64,000 nt of DNA. Origin: the human T2T-CHM13v2.0 reference genome, Homo sapiens. The stretch lies in the NCBI RefSeq assembly GCF_009914755.1, contig NC_060933.1; one strand, 5' to 3'. Positions 32,063-50,733 of this stretch are shown here, one piece after another. Position 1 is the first letter of the stretch, and every line of letters starts with the position of its first letter. A model generated the notes under the pieces. The model had not been told where the DNA came from, ran no database searches, and saw nothing but the letters and a program-made list of their open reading frames with translations. The position numbers and the translations under genes were made by a program.

Positions 32063-32744
32063 AAACAGAAAAGAACTATGTCCTACACATGTAATGTAAC
32101 AATCACAATCACAAATACACCAAACTATGTAAACCTATGTAGGTTTATATGCTTTCAGTTTGTATGCTTTCCTGTTAATTTTAGTTTTACTTATTTGCCT
32201 TGTTAGCATTCATTAGCATGATTCAAAACTTATCAAAACCAATCATTCCAGGTAAATCCCATTCATTCACTCAAAATATAAATTCTAATTACTGAAAGAA
32301 AAAATCCTACTTATCGGCTTCCTCTTATGATAGCTGTACATACTGAGATATTGGTGTCACTGTTCTTTGTTAGTATAGGAATGTGGCTCAATGCCTGGCT
32401 CTCACCTCATCTTGTTCTCTTTCTTCTTTGCTCACAAATCTTCCAAGTCCTCCAGATCTGTTCTGGCCACAGGACATTTTCACTTGAATTTGGACTGGCC
32501 CCTGGACTGGCTCTTTCTCTTTGCTCAGATCTTAGCTCCTCAGCGAGGCTGTCCCAGGCCACACTGTCCTGTTGCCAGGCCAACCCTCATAGAGGACACT
32601 GTTTTGTGAACCATGGGCTCTCCTGCATGGGGCATAGGGCTGTGCATGGAGGCAATGCAGAGGGTAGGTATCTAAGAGCTCTGAAAGCCTGGCTGGTAAA
32701 TACCATCCCCCCTGAAAGGAACCCCACAGGTTACACCTAGGACT

Positions 32745-33880
<1,136 letters not shown>

Positions 33881-34139
33881 ATTGTCATTTTCGGTTTGGT
33901 CTATATATATTTTGATTTCTTTTTTTTTGTAAGAGCTCTGAAGTCAGACTGCCTGGTTCTAATCTTAATTCCCCTATTTCTAGATTGGGATCTTGAGCAG
34001 TTTATGCAGACTCTCAGAGCCTCTTAGGGTTTTGTGAGGATCTAACGAGAATACTTGTGCTTTTGTTGGAATGGGGCTGGGTACTTAAAACACTCAATAC
34101 TCAATACATTAGCTATTATCATTGTAAGTGCCCTATTCT

Positions 34140-34449
34140 TCCTTTTCTTATTTTATTTTATTTTAGAAAGGTTCTTACTCTGTCACCCAGGCTGGATTGC
34201 AGTGGTACAATCATGGCTCACTGCAGCCTTGACCTCCCTGGTCTCAGGTGATCCTTCCACCTCAGCCTCCCAAGTAGCTGGGACTACGGGTGCACCCCAC
34301 CACACCCAGCTAATTTTTTTTAAAAAAATTGCAGAGATGGGGGTTTCACCATATTGTCCAGGCTGGTCTCAAACTCTTGGGCTCAAGCAATCCGACTGCC
34401 TCAGCCTCCCAAAGTGCTAGGATTATAGGCATGAGCCACTGCACCCAGC
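34140..34449 (-). mobile_element. AluJ
   Basis: Reverse dimer. Confidence 0.9.
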
Positions 34450-34881
34450 ACCTATTATTTCTTGAATAAGTGCAAACTATTGTCGTAATAGCCATAGATA
34501 GCTATATAGCTCACCTCCCCCTTCCACCCAGTTCAGCCCATGGGATTCTAGACTTACAGCATGGGATAATTTGAGACCCATCAAGGCATCAGGACCAAAG
34601 TTTCAGGCCCTCCTCCCATCATTAACCCATCCTCAAGGCCTGAGGAGGTCAGTTAAGGGCTCCGAAACTGGGCTTCCTCATGAACCTGAAAGAAAAGTGG
34701 GCAGGGCCTCAAATCTGTGGCCTATGGGGAGAAAGGTGACGCACACCTGGGCAGGAAGGTATTGTTCAGTGTGACTATCTGCTAAATCCCTGGGGCTCCA
34801 TCCAGCTAAGATAAAATGTGATGGTTCCCATTCTCAGTAGACAATACACCAATCCTATTTTTCTTAAATTTACCTAAATGA

Positions 34882-35266
<385 letters not shown>

Positions 35267-36454
35267 TTACTGAATCCTATAAAGGATAAATACAATTTTT
35301 TCATTTTTTATTATCGTAATTCTTCCAGAATAGATTCCATAGCACACATCCCCTTGTAAAACACTATAGTGCATTCATTTATGCCATTGGTTTCCTGTCT
35401 TCCCTGCTAGACTGTCAGCTTCATGAAGGCCGGGAACTTTGTTTTATTCATTGACACAGCTCAAGCATGTACAGCAGTCCTAGTGCATGGGTAGGGGTTT
35501 AATAGATATCAGTTTAATTGTTCAAAAATCAAACTTGGGTTTTGATTTGTCCACTGAATGAAAATTTGCTCTAAGCTTGATTTCACAATCTTCATTCACG
35601 AGAAGTAAAAATATGGGGTTTAGGTGCACAGCCTGTGAAATGAATACTATTTTTCTCCTTCCAAGACTGTTTTGAGTCAGGAAAGTGTAACGGCTGTCAA
35701 AAGCTTGGGAGAGAGGACTGATGTAATAATGTGTGATGTGTCACTTGACACAGCAAGGTCAGGGTTTTTCCTATAACTCTTCTGCTTGTATTAATTACAG
35801 GAAGTAAGGAGGAATCTGGATTCCCTGGCCTGCCGCTCCTGTTGGTCTAAATGGGCATGGCTGATCACAAAGGAGCCGACCAAGTCTGAGAGCCTCAATC
35901 CTTGGGAGTGGACTGGGGAAGTGGGCAGGAAGTGGAGACTATGCTTAGCACCATCTCAGCAAGAGATGGGGTGAGCCCCAGGCAGCACTGCCTCCTCAAA
36001 AGGGTTGTCCTACTCAGTGGGAGTCAAATTCAGTGAACAGTGATGTGACACCTACTCTGTAAGGGCCTAAAATAGCCCATGAGGCTCAGAAGTTGAACAC
36101 CGAGCTGTGGGTCACACAGCTAGAAACTATGGCCGTGAGATAACCCAATCCAGGGCTTTCTGCCTTGAAGATGTGGACTTTTCCCACTGCCCTGTCTGCC
36201 TTTGGCATCACCAGAAGGAACAAAAGGCAGGTCTAGATGCAGGGGTCTGAGTATCCAAATCTTTCCAAGCTAAAGAGGAATGAGGCAGATGTACAGAGAA
36301 TCCTAAAACTCACATGAGGGCTCACTCCATTTCATCCCCTCATTGATTCCCCTATTACGAGCTGAGATATAGTTGTGGCTTTGAAGATTAAACCAGATAG
36401 CAAGATGGAATTGTTCCTAGATCTAAATGCACTTCACAGCAATTATCTACTTTC

Positions 36455-36933
36455 TGTTCTGCTGAACCCCGATTAGCTTCAGTAGGGAAGGCACCAGGTT
36501 CAGAGGCCAGGGGAGATTCAGAGCCAGCAAACGAGGCATGGGGTTCTATTAGGGGCTTCCATACAGGGGAGAGAGTCCAGTGGCCGTGGGCTGCACAGCC
36601 TTACATACAGTCCAGTGGAAGTAGCTGGACAAGATAGCCACAACTGCTTGCAAACAGCATGCAGTTTATACAGCATTTTCACTTAACACCCTCCCCCAAC
36701 AACCCCCACCTGGCAGCCTTCATGTAACCCGAAACTCAGGACCTCAATCCCCTGTATGACCTGTGTTCCATGGTGCGGGCTGAAGGCTCAGCTGTTCCTC
36801 ATAGATAAGGAATGAATCTTCAGGTTGGCCACTCTGAGATTCCCTAGCTCAGAACACACTCAGGTGCATCTGCCATACAGGGTCCTTCTAAGGGTATGTC
36901 TAAGCTATTGCTATCACGTGCATTTACTATAGA
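36455..36933 (-). mobile_element. Solo LTR, LTR32-like (ERVL)
   Basis: Minus strand begins TCTATAGTAAATGCACGTGATAGCAATAGC...ACCCTGTATGGCAGATGCACCTGA. Confidence 0.6.
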
Positions 36934-37126
36934 CTTAATTTCCTCTGATGGTCTATGAAATTCTTGAAAGCAAATACTTTTTGAATTTTTCTCCTCAGGG
37001 CCTAGCACTATGCAGAAAACTATACAAGTTCACCCTCACTGTGAGGGAGAACAACCTTTTGTTGTTAAGAATAAATTTTTCGAATGATTCAGCAAAATAC
37101 TGAACTGGAAAGAAGACATTTTCTAA

Positions 37127-37412
<286 letters not shown>

Positions 37413-38049
37413 GCACCTTCTGTTTCCAAGTCAGCATCTCCAGCCCCGTCCTCTCCTTCTTGCTCTGTTTTGATCTCCGGTTGCCACCTAGGCATTGTTG
37501 CTCCAAGATTTACTCTTCTGTTATGGAGCACATTGGGCCATGAGCCCTCTAATACCTCTCCCAAATCTAGGATTTGGTTTAGGGCAACTGTACCTGACAA
37601 ACTGATGATCTTATAAAAATACATGACTTGTGTGATCTAAGATTTCACTTCTAGAAATCTGTCTTATAGAAATACACAAATCCTAAACACACAGCTACGA
37701 AGATGTTCATTGTAGTATTAATAAAAGAAAAACATTAGAATAGCTTATAGAGAAATTGTTGAATTGTGGTATATTCATACCACGAGGGAGTAAGGAACAG
37801 AATAAGGCACATCTGTAAGAACTGACACAAAAGTATTTTGGAAAATATTGAGGCAATAAAAGGTACAGAACAGTATTTATACTACTATCCCATTTGTGGG
37901 CATATTAGGGAGAAAGCATGCATAAATATAAATCAAAGTTTAAAAAAGGATTACCAAATTTAAACATCTTTGGGACTAAACTGAAAGCTACAAGACAGGT
38001 AGGAGCCTAAGAAAAGATAAAGTATTAAATATCAAGAAAGTTTTAAGAC

Positions 38050-38355
38050 TAGATTGGGTGGTGGCTCACGGCTGTAATCCTAGAACTTTGGGAGGCTGAG
38101 ACTGGCAGGTTGCTTTGAGCCCAGGAGTTCGAGACCAGCCTGGGCAATGTGGTGAAACCGTGTTTCTACAAAAAATACAAAAATTAGCTGGGCATGGTGG
38201 CACGTGCCTGTATTCCCAGCTACCTGGGAGGCTGAAGCCGGAGAATTGCTTGAGCCAGGAGAGTGGAGGTTTGCAATGAGCCAATATGGCACCACTGCAC
38301 TCCAGCCTGGGCAACAAGAGCAAAACTCTGTCTCAAAAAAAAAAAAAAAAAAAAA
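38050..38355 (+). mobile_element. AluJ
   Basis: TSD AGT(T/C)TTAAGACTA. Confidence 0.9.
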
Positions 38356-38967
38356 GAAGTCTTAAGACTAATGTTGTTAAATCTCTGTGAGTGTGGAGGA
38401 GACTCTGACGTGGGAAGGAACCTTGAACCTGTAAGGCTTTGTGGCCAGACCAGCAGAAAATAAAGTTAAAGTGCCAGGGGTGACCCTTAAGGCATTTGTG
38501 TTCTAGGAACCATGGGAAGCCGCTGGGAGGTTTTGAATAGGGGAGAACGGATATGGTCAAGGGCCCAGATTGGAAGTTGGGATGCCAGTTAGGAGGATTT
38601 TGCAGGAGTCCAGACCAGTGATTTTAATAACTAGGCCACGGGTTGTGGCAACATGGAAAGGAAGACAGGGACAGATAGAGAGACAGAGCCACTGAAGATA
38701 ACCTGGCTGTCACTTACTGAGATAACCAATCATACAGGTTGGCTGTTGGATGTCCATGGGGAGCCCTGGAGATGTTTGAGGTTCTCATGGGGTCGTTAAA
38801 GTGTTGAGAAGATAATTGGAATTAGAAGCCAAGCAGGAGATAAAAATGTGAGTTGGCAGGAAGTTAGATATGTAGAGTGAACAAGAGAAAAACGTCCAGG
38901 ATTAATAAGAGCTCCAACATTTCATTACAAGGATTTAATGAGATAAGACATTTAAAATACTGACACA

Positions 38968-39262
38968 GGCTGGGTGCCGTGGCTTATAATTGTAATCCCA
39001 GCACTTTGGGAGGCTGAGGCAGGAGGATTGCTTGAACTCAGGAGTTTGAGACCAGTCTGGGCAACATAGTGAGACCTTGTGTCTACTAAAAATAAAAAAT
39101 TAGCCAGGCATGGTGGTGCGCACCTGTAGTCTTGCTAATCAGGAGGCTGAGGTGGAAGGATCGCTTGAGCCTAGGAGGTCAGGGCTGCAGTGAGCTGTGA
39201 TGGTGAGCTTTGGTGACAGAGCAAGACCTTGTCTCAAAATAAATAAATAATAATAATAATAA
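38968..39262 (+). mobile_element. AluJ inside a MIR
   Basis: Dimer with a 3' deletion. Confidence 0.88.
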
Positions 39263-39395
39263 ACCAACACAGTGCCTGGAATATAGTAGGTACTTCATAA
39301 ATGCTAGTTTTCTTCCCCTCAAGAAACACTTGCTAAATGAGCTGATTGTCAACAATTAATCCCAAACCAGAACGATTTTTAGGGTTAAACATGCA

Positions 39396-39684
<289 letters not shown>

Positions 39685-40097
39685 TTAAACATGCAAATAG
39701 GGTTACAGGCTATTTCAGAATATGAGCCATCACATGCTTATTGAGTTACACGAAGAAGTCAGGAAACAGGATTTCCAACTTAAAATGTCTTTCCTGTTTT
39801 CAGAAAAAGAAATGCTGTTCTCTGTACCTACCGTTGAAGCCATAGATGATCTCTGTGCTCCCTCGTGCCTCCTCTCTGATTTGTCAGGTGAAAGGCTCTC
39901 GGGATGACAGATTCAGGCCCAGCTCTCCCGCGAGAGTGTTTTGTCCCCTGTGAGGATGCGTACTGCCTGGGCGTGATAAACCTATCTTAGAGGATCTGCC
40001 TATCCCACCCTGATCTGTACGCCCCTAGGGTAGATTCCCCCCAAAAGAGGCAATATGAACTTCTGAGTTTTCAGCTGTGGAAAAAAAAAAAATAATA

Positions 40098-40271
40098 AGC
40101 TGGGCACAATGGCTGACATCTGTAGTCTCAGCTACTCAGAAAGCTGAGGCGGAAGGTTCGTTTGAGCCAGGAATTTGAGGTTACAGTGAGCAATTGCGCC
40201 ATGGCACTGTAGCCTGGGCGACAGAGCAAGAGTCTGTCTCTAAAAATAAATAAATAAATAAATAAATAAAA
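40098..40271 (+). mobile_element. Alu right monomer (FRAM)
   Basis: Monomer plus (AAAT)n. Confidence 0.82.
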
Positions 40272-40644
40272 ATTAATTTTTAGTAACAGCTAAGGGAAAG
40301 GGTTTGGAGGTTTGCTGAGGAAATGCATCTTAGTGTTCCAGTACTTCGTGTCCCTTATTTTAATTAAAAGAACCAAATTGACTTTTCCCAGGACAACCCG
40401 ACTTATTAGTGTTTTTTGTGTTACTAAAACTTGTTGACTAGAGAATTTCAGATGCTGTTCTGAAGGTGAGTGAAAGTGGAATGCAGTAACTTGGATCTAG
40501 AGTTCGAACTTTAACAATTGGGAGGCTGATAATGAGGCAGAGACTGGGAAAGGGGCAAGTCTGGGGGAGAGCCCCAGGGCTTCATCTGTTAATATTGAGA
40601 TGCTACTGGACACACAAGTGGAGATGCCAAGGAGGCTGGAGCTA

Positions 40645-41031
<387 letters not shown>

Positions 41032-41044
41032 TCATTTAAATCAA

Positions 41045-41470
41045 AGGTGATGAACTTTTTAAATGCCATGGACCGCTTTGGCAGTCTGGTGAAGCCTACA
41101 GCCCTCTTCTCAGAATGATGCTTTTAAGTGCATAAAATAAAATACATAAGATTGCAAAGGAAAACTGCATTAAAATATAAGTAGGTATTAAAAAATTGTG
41201 ATAAAGTAATATAATAACTCTTGTATTAATACATTAAATAACAGATTTATAAATCTAATAACTAACATATTTGCAAGTAGTAAAAAAGATAAAAATATTT
41301 TTGGATGTCTGGAATAACTGTAATGTAATATGAACATGTTCGTGAATGGTGACAGAGCTCCAGATATGACAGTACCATTGCTTTATTTACGAATGAAAGA
41401 AATATTAACTTTCAGATAGAGATTAGTGAAGATAGAATATTTTTTCCCATTCAAGTTCATAAACCCTTAA
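41045..41470. mobile_element. MER96B-like hAT element
   Basis: CATGGACCGCTTTGGCAGTCTGGTGAAGCCTA...CTTCTCAGAATGATG. Confidence 0.6.
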
Positions 41471-42089
41471 ATGATATTTAAAGCTATGGAACATGATGAA
41501 ATCTACTAGTATGTAAATAAAGAAGAACAAGGGTCCCTAGGACTAATCTGGGATGTTCTTATATTAGGAGATTGAACGAAGGTACAGGAGCTTAAAAGAG
41601 ACTGAGAAGGCACAGGCAGTGATGTAGGAGAGGAACCAAGAGGGGAGAAATCAATAAGTCAAGGCAGGAAAATGTCTATGGGAAGGAATCAAGGATCTGT
41701 ATTCTTCATAACCTTCAAGTATTTATTATGTACACTGATGACTAAGATTCCTCTTTACTGGACTATTCCCATTGTTCATTCAGCTACTATTTTTCAACCA
41801 AAACGGTACAGCAAGCAAGGTGCTCTAGGGCTGGGAATACAGAAATAATGATCACTTCCTCTGTGCCAGGCACTCAATATTCACGAATTGAATCCTGTCA
41901 CATCCATATTATTATTAGTTTCACTAGTAGATGGGATTAGGGCATTTATCAGAATCATCTAAGTGTTTTGCTAACAGAGAAAAAGATAAAAGATGGCTGT
42001 GCCCCACCCCAGACATTCTGAGTCAGAATGGGAAGTTGGGATACCCATGTCCCACTGTGTTTCCAATAAATTGCACATGTGATTAACAT

Positions 42090-42297
<208 letters not shown>

Positions 42298-42355
42298 TAA
42301 TTTTTGTGGGTGCATAGTAGGTGTATATATTTATGGGGTACATGAGATGTTTTGA

Positions 42356-42853
<498 letters not shown>

Positions 42854-44075
42854 CAATTACGCTTTTTTAAGTTATTTTGAAAGGTACAGTTAAGTAATTA
42901 TTAACTATAGTCAATCTGTTGTGTGATCAAATAGTAGGTCTTTTTAATTCTTTTTGTTTTTTTTGTACCCATTAACCATCCCTACCTCCCCTGCAGACCC
43001 CCACTACCCTCCCCAGCCTCTGGTCACCATGCTCTACTCTCCATGCCCATGAATTCCATTGTTTCAATTTTTAGATTCCACAAATAAGTGATAACATGCG
43101 ATGTTTGTCTTTCTGTGCCTAGCTTATTTCACTTAACATAATGATCTCCAGTTTCATCTATGCTGTTGCAAATGACTGAATCTCATTGTTTTTTAAGGCT
43201 GAATAGTATTCCATTGTGTATATGAACCACATTTTCTTTATCCATTCATCTGTTGATGGACACTTAGGTTGCTTCCAAATCTTAGCTATTGTGAACAGTG
43301 CTGCAACAAACATGTGAGTGCCGGTATCTCTTCAATATACTGACTTCCTTTCTTTTGGGTATATACCCAGCAGTGGGATTGCTGGATCATATAGTTGCTC
43401 TATTTTTAGATTTTTGAGGAACCTCCAAACTATTCTCCAGAGTGTCTGTACTAATTTACATTCCTACCAACAGTGTACAAGAGTTCCCTTTTCTCTTCAT
43501 TCTCACCAGCATTTGTTATTGCCTGTCTTTGGATATATCCCATTATAACTGGGGTGAGATGCTATCTCACTGTAATCTTGGTTTGCATTTCTCTGATGAT
43601 CAGTGATGTTGAGCACCTTTTCATATGCCTGTTTGCCATTTAAATGTCTTCTTTTGAGAAATGTCTATTCAAATCTTTTTGCCTAGTTTTAAATTGGATT
43701 ATTAGATTTTTTTTCCTATAGAGTTGTTTGAGCTCCTTATATATGCTGATTATAATCCTTTGTCAAATGAGTAGTTTGCAAAACTTCACTTTGTTGCTAT
43801 TTTTCCTTTGCTGTGCAGAAGTTTTTTTTAAGTTGATATAACCCCATTTGTTCACTTTTGCTTTGGTTGCCTGTGCTTGTGGGGTATTTCTCAAGAAATT
43901 TTCGCCCATAACAATGTCCTGGAGATTTTTCCCAAACTTTTCTTGTAGTAGTTTCATAGATTTAAGTCTAATCCATTTTGATTTATTTTTGTATATGGGG
44001 AGAGATAGGGTTCTAGTTTCATTCTTCTGCATATGGATATCCAGTTTTTTATTCTTTTACTGTCTCTGCATATTT

Positions 44076-44525
<450 letters not shown>

Positions 44526-45775
44526 TCAATATGCCAGTTGCATTTTTCAGCTCCAGAATTTCTGCTTATTTTAAACTACTTCAATCTCTGTGTTAAATTT
44601 GTCTGATAGAGTTCTGACCCTTCTGTGTTATCTTGAATCTCTTTTAGTTTCCTCAACACAGCTATTTTGATTTTTCTGTCTGAAAGGCCAAATATCTCTG
44701 TTTCTCCAGGATTGGTCCATGTTGGCTTATTTAGTTCATTTGGTGAAGTCTTGTTTTCCTGGATGGTGTTGATGCTAGTAGATGTTCTTTGGTGTCTGGG
44801 CATTGAAGAGTTAAGTGTTTATTGTAGTCTTCACTGTCTGGGCTTGTTAGTACCTGTCCTTCTTGGGAAGGGTTTCCAGATATTTGAAAGGTCTAGAGTG
44901 TTGTAATCTAAGCTATATCTGCTTTGGGGGACACCCCAAGCTCAGCAACACTGTGGTTCTTGCAGACTTGTAGAGGTACTTCCTTGATGGTCTTGGACAA
45001 GATCTAGGAGAATTCTTTGAATTACCAAGCAGAGACTCTTGTTCTCTTCCCTTACTTTCTCCCAAACAAACAGAATCTCTCTCTCTGTTCTGAGCCACCT
45101 AAAGCTGGGGGTGGAGCGACACAAGCACCTCTGTGGCCACCACCACTGTGACTGTGCTGGGTCAGCCCTGAAGCCAGCAGAGCCCTGAGTCTCACCCAAG
45201 ACCTTCTGTAACCACTTCCTGGCTACTGCCTATGTTCTGTCAAGGCCCTGGGGCTCTACAGTCAACAGGTGACAAGGCTAGTCAGGCCTGTGTCCTTCCC
45301 TTCAGGTCAGCAAGCTCCCCCAGGCCTTTGGTGGGTCCAGAGGTGCTGTCTGGGCCTCAGGGAGTAGAATGAAAACCTTAGAAGTCTACCTGCACTGTGG
45401 CTGAGCTGGCACTCAAACCATAAGACACAGTGCTTCCCACTCTTCCCTCCCTTTTCCAAAGGCAGAGGAGCCTCACTTCATAGCCACCACCACCGCAGGC
45501 CACGGGGAGTACTCCACAGGAAGTACTGCCATACTACCGCCAATATTCTCTTAAGGCCCAAAGTCTCTTAAGTCAGCTGGTGGTGAATGCTGCCTGGCCT
45601 GGGACTCACCCTTCAGGGCAATGGGCTCCCCTCTGGCCCAGGGCAGGTCCAGAGATATCCACAAGCCAGGTCCTGAAATATGTGACCCCAAAAGCCTGCC
45701 TGGTGCTTTGCCCATTTGTGGCTGTGCTGGTATCTGAAGCTAGCAAGTTTCAGAGGCTCACCCTAGGCCCTTGAT

Positions 45776-46771
45776 TGAAGGGGTCCTGCCCCTCCACACC
45801 TGTGGGTGTTTCTTGTCAGGTGGAGACGAGAGACTGAGAAAAGAAATAAGACACAGAGACAAAGCATAGAGAAAGAACAGTGGGCCCAGGGGACCCGCAC
45901 ACTCAGCATGCGAGGACCTGCACCGGCGCTGGTCTCTGAGTTCCCTCAGTATTTATTGATTTCTATTTTTTACTATCTCGGCAAGGGGAGTGTGGCAGGA
46001 GAACAGAGTGATGATGGGGAGAAGGTCAGCAGGAAAACATATGAGCAAGTAATCTGCATCATAAATAAGTTCAAGGGAAGGTACTGTGCCCGGATGTGCA
46101 CGTAGGCTAGATTTATGTTTCTCTTTACCCAAACATCTCAGTGTAGCAAAGAGTAACAGAGCAGTATCACTGCCAGCATATCTCGCCTCCAGCCATAGGG
46201 CGGTTTTCTCCATCTCAGAGTAGAATGAATGGTCGGCTTCACACGGAGACATTCCATTCTCAGGGACATGCGGGAAACAGAGGCCTTCCTCTTATCTCAA
46301 CCGCAAAGAGGCCTTCCTCTTTTACTAATCCGCCTCAGCACAGACCCTTTATGGGTGTCGGGCTGGGGGATGGTAAGGTCTTTCTCTTCCCATGAGGCCA
46401 TATCTCAGGCTGTCTCAGTGGGGGGAAACCTTGGACAATACCCAGGCTTTCTTGGGCAGAGGTCCCTGTGGCTTTCCACAGTGCATCGTGTCCCTGGTTA
46501 ATAAAGGACGGAGAATGGAGATGACTTTTACCAAGCATACTGCCTGCAAACATATTGTTAACAAAGCACATCCTGCACAGCCCTAAATCCCTTAAACCTT
46601 GATTCAATACAGCACATGTTTCTATGAGCACAGGGTTGGGGCTAAAGTTACAGGTTAACAGCATCTCAAAGCAGAACAATTTTTCTTAATATGATCAAAA
46701 TGGAGTTTCTTATGTCTTTCTTTTACTACATAGACACAGTAACAGTCTGATCTCTCTTCTTTTCCCCCACA
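45776..46771 (-). mobile_element. HERV-K (HML-2) LTR5A-like solo LTR, 996 bp
   Basis: Minus strand TGTGGGGGAAAAGAAGAGAGATCAGACTGTTACTGTGTC...CACAGGTGTGGAGGGGCAGGACCCCTTCA; TSD TTGAT/CTGAT. Confidence 0.92.
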
Positions 46772-46783
46772 CTGATACAGTAC

Positions 46784-46990
46784 CTGGGTATCGCTGCTGG
46801 TTGTTCAGGTCCCAAGCGCTCTTCATTTAGCAGATGCTGAATGCTGGCCGGACTGGGTCCTTTCCTTCAAGGTGGCAGGTTCACTTCTGACTCAGGGTGT
46901 GTCTAGAAATGTCATCTGGGAGCTGGGGCCTGGAATGGGGGCCTCACAACTCTGCCCAGTGCCCTATCCTGCTGTGGCTGAGTTGGCATC
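46784..46990 (-). other. SLC28A3: Probable distal non-coding first exon of SLC28A3, inside an L1 5'UTR (5' boundary uncertain)
   Basis: Donor CCCAG|GTACTG at 46784/46783. The exon end CTAAATGAAGAGCGCTTGGGACCTGAACAACCAGCAGCGATACCCAG joined to GTACAAAGGACC matches my recollection of the CNT3 cDNA 5' end. Confidence 0.75.
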
Positions 46991-47183
46991 CAAGATGCAA
47001 GACAAAGTCCTCCCCACTCTTCCTTCTCTCCTCAAGAGGAAGGAAGGAGTGTCTTATGCAGCGGAGGGCTGTGCAGCCTGGAGTTAGATGAGGGGCACCC
47101 CAGCTGGTGTCTCAGTATGTCACATGCCACACCCCTGCCCCCCCACCAAGTCCACTGTCTCTGGGCCCAGTTCAGCCCTAGGA

Positions 47184-47637
<454 letters not shown>

Positions 47638-47989
47638 GCCTAAGATTTGCAGCCCTTACGGCCTAGACTGTCTTTAAGGTTTTTTAGAGTCCCAGAGCAC
47701 TGTAGCCCTCAGTGGTGAGGTTTGTGGGAACTCAAGTTCAGACAGCTGGAATAGGCGATTCCCCTCTGGCTAGGGCTGGTTTGAATGCTCCCCCAATAGG
47801 TGGGTGTTAGCTGAGTTTGGTTTAGTTTTCCTTTCTGCTCTAACAGAACAGCACTGAGTTCAATGCCTTACAACTGCTGTTTACTCCCTCCCTCAGTGCC
47901 CAGAGACGCGCTCCGCACCATGCTACTGCTGGGGTCAAGCGTGGAATGGAGGGGTGGGGGTACTTTGAGGGCTCATGTGATTTTTTGGT

Positions 47990-49960
<1,971 letters not shown>

Positions 49961-50434
49961 AGGAGTTTTTTTTTTTTTGGGAGGGGATAATTGGTGGAGC
50001 CTTTTATTCTGCCAACTTGCTCTGCTTCCCTCATAGATTTTTTAAAAATTAAAATTTAAAAAAGAAACTAAAAAAATACTTTTAAGAGAGAAAAGAAACA
50101 GCAAATATAACAAATGGGTTCACTGTATTATGCTAAAAGTGGTAAGTGCTGTGGAAAAAAAGGAAAAAGTTGGGTAGAGGAAGGGATTTTGAAATGCCAG
50201 GGGGCAGGAGGGCTCATATTTCTCAGTATTCATAGGGTGAACTCACTGAGGTTGTGCAAGAAGATATCTGTGGTCAAAGTACTGGCAAGAACTGTTAAAA
50301 ACGCCCTAACGTGGGAGCATGAAGTTGTGTCAGAAGTACTGCAGCCTGGTCAGGGTGGAGGAGCTGGGGAGAGGGAGTAGAAGATGAAGTCAGATGAAGA
50401 TGGACTCTGTAGGGCATGGCATGATCAAATTTAC

Positions 50435-50733
50435 TTTTTTTTTTGTTTTGAGACAGAGTCCCACTCTGCTGCCGGGACTGGAGTGCAGTGGCTGTGATCT
50501 CGGCTCACTGCAACCTCCGCCTCCTGGGTTCAGGAAATTCTCCTGCCTCAGCCTTCCAAGTAGCTGGGATTACAGTCACGCTCTATCACGCCTGGCTAAT
50601 TTTCGTAGTTTTGGTAGAGACGGAGTTTTGCCATATTGGCCAGGCCGTTCTCAAATCCCTGACCTCAAGTGATCCACCCGCCTTGGCCTCCCAAAGTGCT
50701 GGGATTACAGGTATGAGCCACTGCTCCCGGCCT
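50435..50733 (-). mobile_element. AluS inside an L2-like remnant
   Basis: TSD CAAATTTAC. Confidence 0.92.

Noticed and set aside
32327-32740. 137-aa plus-strand ORF with a hydrophobic start
   Set aside because: No recognisable homology. The hydrophobicity follows from T-rich composition; the minus-strand reading is reported as a finding instead.
39790-39900. Splice-like sites on both strands (TTTTCAG| at 39803 on +; ACG|GTAGGT at 39831 on -)
   Set aside because: Isolated motifs of this strength are expected by chance, and there is no partner evidence.
45776-46771. Possible HERV-K provirus or LTR-encoded proteins
   Set aside because: Solo LTR: the TSD flanks it directly, with no primer-binding site or gag/pol/env. 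The ORFs are incidental.
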